DNA of 64,000 nt from assembly GCA_964270895.1 (NCBI GenBank), contig OZ185437.1; one strand, given 5' to 3'. Shown in pieces: positions 32,172 to 44,100 of the stretch (its first letter is position 1; each line of letters begins with the position of its first letter). The translations under genes and the position numbers were made by a program. This DNA is from Podarcis filfolensis (taxonomy: Eukaryota). A model generated the notes under the pieces. That model searched no databases. It was not told the DNA's origin and worked only from the letters and a program-made list of their open reading frames with translations.

Positions 32172-35100
32172 CTGTAAGGAACAAGAGAAGTCTCCATTAG
32201 GCATTGCACATGCACAATAACTCCAGTAGAATTTCCTCTGCTGAAAAAATATCTCCCATGCCAATACAACACTTTCATTTTGCCACAACACTTTAATTGT
32301 GAGATTGTAACAACTCAACCTTCCTGGGCTACTGGTGGTAGAGCCATGATAGGGTCAAAGCCAATTCAAGTGTCTGCAAGGTACTTTAAGCCTTGCCAAC
32401 ATCCTTCTACCAGTTCCGCTGAAACAAAGAGTTGACTTGCTGCATGCCAGCAACAAAATGCTATCCTTGCTAATGACTTTTCTCCCTGTTGGACGCGGGT
32501 GGCGCTGTGGGTTAAACCAGAGAGCCTAGGACTTGCTGATCAGAAGGTCGGCGGTTCAAATCCCTGCGACGGGGTGAGCTCCTGTTGCTCTGTCCCTGCT
32601 CCTGCCAACCTAGCAGTTTGAAAGCACATCAAAGTGCAAGTAGATAAATAGGTACTGCTCCGGCGGGAAGGTAAATGGCGTTTCTGTGCACTGCTCTGGT
32701 TCGCCAGAAGCGGCTTAGTCATGCTGGCCACATGACCCAGAAGCTGTACGTCGGCTCCCTTGGCCAGTAAAGCGAGATGAGCGCCGTAACCCCAGAGTCG
32801 GTGATGACTGGACCTAATGGTCAGGGGTCCCTTTACCTTTCTCCCTGCTAATGCATTCTTAACAGTTGGCCTGCCACTGATCACAAGCTATGAGAGAGGT
32901 ACTTTTAACCTTTGCTCTAAAGATCAACATATTGTGCTTTCAAACTCTGATTATTTATTTAAAAGGACCCCTGACCATTAGGTCCAGTCACGGACAACTC
33001 TGGGGTTGCGGCGCTCATCTCGCTTTATTGGCCGAGGGAGCCTGCGTACAGCTTCCGGGTCATGTGGCCAGCATGACTAAGCTGCTTCTGGCGAACCAGA
33101 GCAGCGCACAGAAACGCCGTTTACCTTCCCGCCGGAGCGGTACCTATTTATCTACTTGCACTTTGATGTGCTTTCAAACTGCTAGGTTGGCAGGAACGAT
33201 TATTTATTTATCTATTATTTTTATTATTATATGTCCCATCTTTCCTCCCAGGAGCTTTAAGTGGCAAACATGGTTCTCTGCCTCATGTTATCCTCCCAAA
33301 TGTACATTAGGTTGGGGGAGAGCAACAGGCCCAAGGTCACCCCGTGAGTTTCATGGCTGAGTGGGGATTTTACACATGGATCTCCCAAGTCCTAGTCCAA
33401 TACTCTTTAACAATTACACCACAGTGGATCTCGCACTGAAGCTGTATACTTATCCATGCAGCCAATACATGCCTAGGTCCTTTTTTAAAAAAAGAGAACT
33501 AGACCTCAAGAGAAAGGCATTTGAGTTTTGCTACTGTTGTGATTAACCCGAGGCTGGTGGGACCTAGAGTCAAGACTAATAGGCTAAAAAAAGCTGTCAC
33601 TGATCTAACAGTAGCCTAGGTAGAGAGAGTTGTAAATTGCTTCGGGATGCCTCATGGGAAGCAATTAATAAATGAAAACAACAACATGGTTCCATTTCCC
33701 CCCCTGGAGGTAGGAAAGAGAGCTGTTTCTGTGCTGCTTGATGCCACAACCTACCCCTATGCAGCCTGCGATCAGGCGTTTAAAATGGTCCTTCCGGCGC
33801 TTGTCTGTTACTTTCTGTAGCGTTACATTGAGTAGCTTGGAATCAAACTGTTCCAGGGAGTCTTTCTGAATTTCTGGAATCTGTTCCATCACTGCTTTCA
33901 GCTCAGCATACCGTGGACGCTTCAAGTAGCAAAGAAGATGGTGAACAAGGATCGTTACCAGAACAAAACCAACACATAAGCCCTGGGAAATTAAGCGCCT
34001 CCCTCCCAGATCCAAATCAGGTCATAGGGGTTGGTTCAGTGGGCTTGCATCACCACTAATCCTCAAAGATGGCAGCAGACAGAGAGAGAAAGAGAAATTC
34101 TTTCCCCTGCATTTCCTTACCAAAGCTTCATAGATCTGGAAGGCCAAGTGAACGAGAGCTGCCATACACCCGTCGTGTTGCCCATGTACTTGTAAACCTG
34201 TCAGTACACTTCTGAAAAACCAGCTCACTGCTTCAGGAATCATCATGTTCTTTGTAAGCGCCTACAGAAGACAGATGAACATGTGGCAAGATAACCCAGA
34301 TTCTACCCATCTTCCCAGAAAAGGTGATTTCTACGATTCACTCGTACTATGCACACTGTGCCCAAAAGGAATCACTAACTCTTGGCCATATTCATCTTCA
34401 CCACACTCCACCCTACTAGCCCCTGTAATGGAAGCACCTCTTTAAGCAGCGGCCAGCACAGATTTGTGGTAGTTCTTTGGCAGGACAATGTATCCTTCCA
34501 TGAAAGGGATGTGAAGGCTGTAACCAGCAGCGCACTGCAGACATTCTGGAGAGAGAAAAGACAGACACGTGGCAGCCTGTGAGATTTGTTCTTGGTTCCT
34601 GAGAACAAAGGCTCTTGATTCTAAGTATTGTACAGTGTGCTGTGATATTGAAGAAGGCCAAAGTAAAAAAGGCTGAAAAAGAATTTATGAATTTAATTTA
34701 TTTATCAGCCATGAAAGCTCCCTGATGCCCTTCCAGTTCGTCCAGGACAATCAGCCATCTCGGACTCAGATTTGCCCAGGAACCTTGATATGTGGAGGGC
34801 GCATTTGGCTGACTGAAGCTCACAACTGTTACTGAATTTCTAAGGCCAAGGGTTTCTCCAATAAAAGTTCAAAGCTCTGTTTTAGGCTTAGAAGGGTCTA
34901 CTAAAGGAAAGTCTCTTTCAAAATGTGCACACAACATGGGGAAGGAATGGAAGCTCAGCTTCCTTACCTCTTGCTTCATCAAACACTTGCCCAATTCAGT
35001 GAGCTCAGAATTAGATGGTGGAGTCACCTCTGTAGACATCATCTCCTCATCTACGGGGGGAAAAAGGCGATGTGAATGCATTCTTCATGGAACCTCAGCT

Positions 35101-38100
35101 TCATGGCTGAGGTGGGAAACTGAGAGCCCATTGATTTGTTAGCTTAATGATTAATCTGATCCAGAATAGACCTCAAATGTGGAACAGAAAGGACAATCCG
35201 TTTACGCACCATCTCCATCTGCAGCAACAGCACTGTTCTGCTCAGCACCCTTCTTTGAGACACAGCAAACAGCTGCAAATACAGCGGGGGGGGGAATGTG
35301 AGATATTCACAGAAAAAAAACTTTACAAGACATTACAACCCCCCCTCAGGACTACCCAACTTAATTCTTCCTTTGCAATGCCTTTATATGTATATAATGT
35401 ATATCAATGCACTGAAGGCCATGCCCTCCTTACTCTGTTAGCCAATCCCCCTCCCATTCCTCCACATTAACCTCCCAGGGCTTCCCCTTCTCACCTGAAG
35501 CAACAACTAAGTTCACTTTTCACCTTCCCCACCCCATTTCTCAAACCACCTCTCTTCCATTCTCCAGTCTCACTTTGTACTCATTTTCACCTTTGCCCCC
35601 GTGTTCGTGTGTCCTCCCCCATCCTTTGTGCAATTTCCCTTTCACACTGGCCACTCCTGTGGGAACCTCCAGCATCTTTCTCCTCTCACATCTTCAACAC
35701 CATACCCCACCCTGACTTCACAGCCTTGCATTTTTATGTCTATAGGAAGATATTACAATATATTGATAATGTATAATAAGGAGGAAAGGAGTGAAACCCA
35801 CCTTTGCAGAGCAAAATGTATTTCAAATGGAACAGTATTTCTTCCAAGTCTCCCATCAGGGTGAGAGGTTTGGTATGGTTGGAAACCTACATATGAAGCA
35901 CTCTGGAGGTCACTAGAAAAAAGCTGTTGCTTGGTTATGTGTCTTGGACACCTAAACCAAATGGCAAAGGAAGCTATAAGACCCAATTCCAAAAAGGATG
36001 GCAATTATTTAGGTCAGTGGCTTCCAAACTCCTTATTCTCAGGGAACAATTTCTACGGCCATTTATCTGCTAAGGAAGTCCTGTCCCTCTACTGCAAAAT
36101 TGCCACATATTGCAAAGGATTCTGGGCCACATTTTAGGTCATGCTATCAGATCCCACAAGGTGCTGGCAGAATTGTTTTGGCCTTGATGCCACCCTGTGT
36201 GAAAATATAGTGTGCTGTACAACATGCGCAACTCTGTTGCCATACATTTTGGGCAGCTTGTCTCTCACTACCATTTTTCCCAGTTAAGGAATTAATAAAC
36301 TTCCAAGGAACACAGACTGAAAACCAGTACTCTAGGCCCTATTTAGGCCTAAATTGGGTATGCAGCATAAGACTGAAAAATGACAGCTTTGACAATGGAA
36401 GCACTTTTGGAGCATGAAGAACAAGATTAAGAATTGTCACAACAAGCCACCGTGGTCCCACAAATCCCAGAATATACTACTGGAATTTATTTTGCTCAGA
36501 GAGACATACTACAGATGGCCCTGGCTTTTCATGCAACCTACTAGTTTCTCTCACCAATTAGATCCACAACTTCTCGGGTAAGCACCCTAACTAGCTGCTC
36601 CTCTAACATCTCTTGGGATTCTGGGTTGTCATCTGCTGCATCTTCGTCACTGCTGAAGGAAAAGACGATCAATTTTAAAAACGCAAGATAGACCTGAGGA
36701 CTACAACTGAAGCTAAGCATGATAGCATCACCAAGACGAAGGTAATGTTGATGGGTAGCTCATCTGTCCTGGGCAGTGAGGTTCAGTCTGTCCTAGGCAG
36801 GGTTGCACTCTCCTAAAGAATCAGGTTCATAACTTGGGGTGCAATTAGATCTAGCCTTTACTTTTGATGCCCAAATGGTTATCTGTGATAGAAAACACAG
36901 ATTAGGTAGATGTCTGTTTACCCTGGACAGAAGCAATCTGGTATTTGTTATTGTTGCCCTCAGAACACCCAGGTTATGCTATTTTAATGTATTATATGTG
37001 GGGCTACCTTTGATGAGTACCTGGCTCTTTAAAATTGTGCAAAATACAGCTGCAAGGAACATCTCTCACTGTTTCTGGCCTATTTATGAACATAATTCAA
37101 GCTGCTGGTCTTAACCATAACTGCTTGGGACCCAGGTAATCTAAAAGACTGTTTGCACTCCCATGAAGCTGCCTGATGCTAGACACTGTTGGTAGAGCCT
37201 TCTCTAGGCACTTCCACAATCAGAGGAAGCATGGGAAAGGATCTTTTTGGTTGCGCTACACAGACCTTGGGGCACTCTCTTTAGAAAAGATATTCTGAAC
37301 TCTTTGACCTCTGGGCACGAGGTGAAAACCTTTTAATTTCCCCACATCTTTGAGTTGGTGTTACTGCTTTGGTTGCCCCCTTCAAGAGAGACTGCAGTAG
37401 TTCAGACATCAAGTGGCATTTTCGAGTAGCAGTCCCCCGGTTTCCTTTAAGCCATCACACTTACCAAAGCACACTTCGCTGGTTGATCACCTGCCATTTC
37501 TGGGACAGCCTCTGACAGAAAGGAACAAACAAAGGACAGTAGCATAACATAAAGGCAATCAATGAGATACACTCAGGGCTGTGTGTGTTCCATGTCAAGG
37601 GAACCCAAATTATGTGACAATAAAAACTGAATTTGGTAATCCATTTAAATTATGCAAAGTAACACCTCATCAATTCTGATTCTGCTATTTATAGAAATGA
37701 GCAGATAACTATGCAGGGCATGAAAGCCTTCCCTTTCCTGCAAGACATTTTGCTCAGCTGCACTTCTCAGCCCCTTCAGCTTTTGAGATTTCACTAAGCT
37801 TCACCTTGCTACAGAGTATTGTAGCAATGTGGGGCGACCTTATTGGTGGCCTAAAATCTGAAGCCTGAGCCAGTGTCCATTAATCTCTAGAGAGTTGTCT
37901 TGCATCCATGAAACCTGGTTAAAATGTGTCCCCAACGATAGTATTACCTAAGTATTTGGGCAAGCCACCGTATCCCAGTTTTACAATTATAGGTTATATT
38001 TTAGTGATTAAGATTTAACTTACATATTTTTAACTGCTGCTATATCTGTATTGCCCCTGTTATACCCAATTGCAAATTCAAATGTATCCCTATTGTGTTT

Positions 38101-41100
38101 TATGACTTCGCTGATATTGTATGTGAGCTGGAACTGGTCTGTGACCGAATTTAATAAATTCTATCCCAGTTTAACCTGCTTCATACGATATTGCTGAAGT
38201 GAAATTCGAGGCTCTCCGGCGAAGGGGCAGGATGTAATACATTTCAGAACCCCGAACGACAATGAAGTCTGGAAGCCCCGGCCAGTAACAGCAGCAAATG
38301 ATGCAAGTCATACACATGCTGTTTCTTACCACATACAAGTAGGTGAAGAGTGGTCCAAGTATAGGACAGATAAGAGATTCATAGTGTTCAGATGGACAAG
38401 AAAGGACCAAGGGCTTCACAAACACACCTGTGTGGAGCGAGTTAAAGAAGTCCAGCATAAGCATTAGCATTTCCACACTACAAACTACTGAACCACCCAG
38501 CCCTGTGGCTGAAGCTCTCCTTTAGCGATCCTTTAATGAGAAACAGACTAGGAAACCAACTCCACCACCAGAAATCCCAAAGCCTGATCAGTACAGGCAA
38601 CTGCACAAACCGCTCCTACTTAAAATGCTCCATAAATCTGATTTGAGAAGAATGCAAAGGCCAATTTATACAGGCTTTTTATTGCCTGCAAAACAAGGGA
38701 GTTAAACACATGGCAGGCCACTATACATGGTTGGAGGGCAGAATTCTGAAAAGAGGGTCACAAGTTCTGCAAACCGGGCTTCCTACCATTTTGGTTGAAA
38801 GTGAAGATGAAGAACTAGGATGATTGCTGTGGTTGTTTGGACATGAAAATCATTTACTGGGAACTCTATTGGAAATCTCCAACTTAGACGCAGAACCAGA
38901 ACCATTCTGAGCCATTTCTTCCCATATTGTTTTGAAACCCTAGCAGACATGCCCCCTCCAGATATTCTGAAGATGCTCTTTTCCAGATATTTTTCTGAGA
39001 AGTGAACTATCTGCACCCGGAGTGGTCAGGTGCAGAAGGAAGGCAAAAGGAGCAGGAAATCGTTAGTGCTACTTTGAAAATAAGACCTCTCATGTCATGG
39101 TCAAAGAGAGGAAGTAAAAAATGATTTTGGAAGGAGAACCTAGCAACAAACAGCAGATAAAGGATACGAAGCATGGGGCGGAGTCTATAGTCAGGGAGGT
39201 TGCTTAGGTTGAGAAAAGCAGAGTTGAGCAGCTCAGTAGCTAGGCCCTCTACTGTGTAGAAATCTTGCTGCATTGATGAGCCAGCATTCCCCAGGACATG
39301 GAAACTGCAATTCAAAAGACAATTCAATTTAGACAACAAACATGAAGGTTGGAAGACATTCTGCTCTGAAGATACAGATTTGTGTTTGCTTATTCATTTG
39401 TGAAAAGGAGGATTGCCTTTTGGGGTCAGACCAAAGTCCAACTAGTCCAGCATTCTGTCTTCGACAGTGATCAGTTAGAAATTCCTACAAAGCTTACAGG
39501 CAGGACATAAACTGATACCAACCCTTTTGTCCCAAGGGCCAAGGCACCCAAGGTGCTTTACACATTTATAATATTAGAACAAACAATTGGTACAAAATAT
39601 TCTCAGGCCAACCTCAGGTGTCGATGGCCCATTTCCTTGTCTGAGGTTCCTTGTTTCTGGCTTCCCTCAGGGCACACAGGTCTTTCTTAAGCAGGCCCAG
39701 GGAAGGTGGTGGGAGTGAGGTTGCACCAACAGCTCCCAGGACGGTGATGGTTTTATTGAATGAGGCAATAAAATTTCGTGAGACAAGAAATTATAGCGCC
39801 AAACCGCACTGTATGCCTTTTGATCTGCTGCTGTTTTTGTGCATTCCACAAGTTTATTTTCCTAAATCATTGAAGTTCTTACCAGTTGTCATACAGGGTA
39901 CAAAAAAAGCCCTGCATCCTTTCCAATACTGTTTTGTAAACAGGAGAGTCATAAATTTCCAGCAGGGGCTGAGGAAGGCCTAAAAAGAGTGAAATATTAT
40001 CAGTGAATAGGTTCATCTCCACAAGCAAATGAAATGCTAATGGAAGAAAAAAATATTATTACAGGAAATCATGTAATGAGAATGTTCGGGGAGCCAACAA
40101 AAGGAGCAAACACAGATGTGGATATATAATCAGGGTTGCAGAGTCTATCTAGAGCAACGCTGCTGCTACAGCTTTAAAAACTGATAGGAAGGCCAGAAAA
40201 AAATGTGATACTTTAGTCACATTACCTCAGGCTGAACTAGAAGAAAGCTGGCATGTTTTAACAATTTCTCAAAAGCAACTTGGACATTCTAATCATATAC
40301 ATTTCTACATGTGTCAGAGATTGTATAACTTAAGATGCATCAGTGCCTGAAATGGTTTAGAAGATCCTTTGCAAAACAAATCTAAAGCAGTCGTCTCTAC
40401 CTGGCATGACATGAGCACAGGCTACATAGGTACATAGAGCTAGCCACATTGTAAGCTTTATGTAAGAAGTGGCCCTGAGGCAGAATTAGAATCCAGCTCC
40501 ATGTCACAATTGTACAGATCATCTCTAAAAGTCAACCCTCCTCTGAAAATGTGGTGGACTTAGAGCAGAAGTAGGGAACCTTCTTCAGTCCCAAGACTGC
40601 ATTCACTCATGGGCAACCTTCTGGCAGATGCATATCAATGGTGGGGACAGGGCTAGAGGCGTAAGTGGGAGCAGCAACGGATGTGACTCTTCCTTTTGTA
40701 CAGTAGGCCACATTTCAGCCCTGCAAGTCAGAGGTTTTGACACACATACCCACCCTCCTTTCCATCCAGACCAAGCAAGAGGCAGTACCACAGTTCAGGG
40801 ACACATTCCAGTCACACAAAAGCACTGCAGGCGGAAAAAGTCTTGTGAGGCGTGTGGGCTGTGAGGAGGTCAGAAACGCCCGAAAGGCCATATTAGGCCC
40901 CTGGGCCTGAGGTTCCTGACCCTTGGGGTTGAGAGTTAAGATCTGGAAAGCCTCTTGGTGATGGGCCACCAGAAAATGGTGAACCTGTGTGTTATTAGGC
41001 CAAAGTACCTGCCAATTCAACCTCAACTGAGCCAGAGGATGGCAAATAAGTCAGCTAGAAATTAAAAAGCCCTTCTCCTGGGCCAGGAACTTCTTTGATC

Positions 41101-44100
41101 TTGCTAGAAAAACTAGGCAAATCAAAGGCTTAGGACATACCTTGAGTGACACAAGGGAAATGAATTGTTTTAAACTCCAGACTCTGGCTTGTACAGAACA
41201 ACAAACCACGTTTCATGGGAAGGAAAACAAAATTCTGCTGAGGTCTTTCTCTTGTGTGTGGGCAGCCCAAGAATCAGGGCAGCTCCTTCCTGCTCATGCA
41301 TGCACCACTAAATCAGTTTAGTATTACTTCCATAGTCATTATATGACATGGTGCCTATTCCTGTTCCCAGCAAAAATCAAGGCAGCAAAAATCTTGCACA
41401 AAAAACGTTGCTCTCTCACACATATGGCAGGCAAGCAGACAAGTAGGCAGGAGCTCAACCCTTGGGTAACTACATTTGCCTAAGCCTACTTCAAACTCTT
41501 GTTGAGCTAGAGAAATGCAGCATATGGTTGTTTTAAGCAGAATGCCCTTGACTGCAGCTAAGGTAACAATTTCTGCATCTTAAAGAGAACACAGCGGCTG
41601 TAAAGATTAACACACAAGGTGTAGAAGTGCAATGAAGAGGAGCAGATACATACCTAGGATGGCATTCTTCTCAACTTCCAGCAGGTCTAAGGCCTTTGCA
41701 AAGGTTTCCCCAAACCTGGCCACCATCTCTGGCATATACAGATTGTTATGAGTCCTGGAAGAGAGCAGGATGTTGCACAGTCACAAGTTGTACCTAACAG
41801 CAGCAGGAAGCCACCATCATCTTACGAACAGCTCCTGTGTCTGGCGATGAGGAAGGCGAGACCATGCACTTGTGCATGGGATCCCCCTTCCTTACCAATA
41901 AAATCGCTATACTCTCTTGGGGACATGGAGAAGTCTCCGCTTTATCACACAGAGGGTACCAGCTGCCCCACACAACAGTTACCCTCTGTTCACCTCACCT
42001 CAGCCCTTTGAAATACTGGCTGCAATGACACCATCAAAGGCCACAATCGGAGAGAGGCCTTGGAACCCACAGGCAAATTCTGCTTCTAGCAAACTGCTCT
42101 GCACCCGCTGAGCAGCAAAGGAGAGGCCATCCCACCTCTGAAAGACACAAGAGTGCCTCTCCGAGGAGGGATCACAGTCCCTGCAATGGCAGCTGACGCT
42201 GGAGGAATATAAAGCTCTTAAGTGATGTGCTTGTATGCTGTAAGCAGCTGTGTGGCAGAGAGATGACCCCCTGAAAAGGAGAACAGCTCTGCATTGTCCA
42301 CACCACGCTGCCAGGGAGGAGCCTCTGTCCAGCCCCAGATGGCTTCTCTCTTGCCATCAAGGCTATCGCAGGGTCCCTCACCTGCTAGATGTGTCATCTG
42401 AGTGGGGGTGGGGTGGGGAGAAGGGTCTCTGTCTCACCTACCTCTCTCCTTTGAGACCACAGACCTCCACTCAGGGCTTCGGCAACTGCACACAGCACAA
42501 ATTCTGCAGCCAAACGGCCCAACAGCCTCCGCCAACATTGCAATGCCACTGTACCTGCTGCTAGAGGTGATCAACGGTAACTCAGTATCTCCCTCTAGAG
42601 CAGCGTTTCCCCCCAAAGTGTGAGGGTACAGGGGTAACAAAGGACTAGGACGTTGGGTGGCAGGGGCAGGCCTCTCAATTGCCCTCCAGAGTCTCATCTT
42701 TCATTTTTAGAAGTCTCTAAAGGAAGTCTCTATGCTTGTGAAGACAAAACCTTCCAAGAATGTGATCAAAGTGCAACCAATGCAGCGATGTTTGCCTGAG
42801 CTTGCAGACAGCCTGGAACAATAGTTCTGAGGTGTGAACTGCCCATTCATTTCAAGGGGTGCTAACAGAGGCTGCAAGAGAGGAGAAGCATTGTATTATG
42901 AAGACTAAGTGACGACGTGTTTTGGCAAAAGCCTGCAAACACTATATAGAGGACTTTATTGTTTAATCATTTGTGCTACCCTGACTATACTAACTGTGAA
43001 GAGAATGGGGAAATGCTGCCTTAGAGGTCTTATACATCCCAATATGGCAACCAGAACCCTTTTCACAGCACTGAATGTTAACACTTACAAATATGTTGTT
43101 TGCTAAGCCTGGTTTGAAATCTTATTGCTGTAGCTAAGATGGCTTTTGGGTCAGACCCAAACTAAAGTATTTGATCAACATCAGAATAGGAAGCACAGGA
43201 TGCATGGTTGTGGAGCATGCATAAACCGAGTATGAACGCCACAGCCTGGCCTCTGTAAAATACCATATGCCTTCCTTAAAGTGCAAGGATGAAGCTCTCA
43301 GCAGTAAATCAGAGGATCATGAAGATCCCTGCTGGTGAGGCCAGGTGTGCCAAGAATACTGGTAGTCAGTTTCACCTCTGCAGCTTAGTGCTATTGAGGA
43401 ATACTCTCATTACGTGACTGACGCTAGCTCACAGAGGTCAGTCTTTTGAAGCATATCTTGAAACTAGGCCAATGCTGTTGCATATGCCAAAATAGAATTT
43501 TTTTAATACCTACTATCAAAAACTAATGTGGAATAGAATTTAAGATCTGGAAATAGCAGCGAACAGATAGAAAAATTATTCCAAGTTATTCAAAGTTTTA
43601 TTCATTATGTTATTCATTTAGTGCCCTGTAGATCTCAATGTTCATCTTACTATCTTATGATTTTACCAATGTATGTACTACCACACATTAGGTTTGAAGA
43701 AAGACCATTTAACATGTGACACATTAATCAATGCAGGATTTTAACTGGTGTGTTTTAATGTTTCCAGAATGATCCAATGTAATAATTACTAGGACCCTTG
43801 AAAGCCAATCTGGATGTGGAGAATGTTTACCAAGGCCACATGAGCATTACGTTTTTTAAAATCCAAGAAAAACAGTGAAAAACCTTTCCCCTCAGCAGAA
43901 GCTTGCCCCCATTGCCTTCTGCAGTCCCCATCCCACCCCGCAAACTGCTGCCTATTTACAATGTTTTCCAACATACTCTCCCCATCCCTTTCCCATTCTG
44001 CCAGACTGCTCTTTCCCTCTAGGAGTCTGCATTTTAGCAGTATTAGGATGGCCTCCGCAGGCTGATTAGTGAAGTCCTTACATGCCAAATCACTGAACAG

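Noticed and set aside
40603-40720. Exon-like segment in XPO5 intron 21
   Set aside because: Weak donor, a stop in the required phase and no homology
42442-42594. 153-nt segment with a good donor (GAG|GTAGGT) in XPO5 intron 20
   Set aside because: Poor polypyrimidine tract and a TGA at the third codon in the required phase; not enough support even as a poison exon
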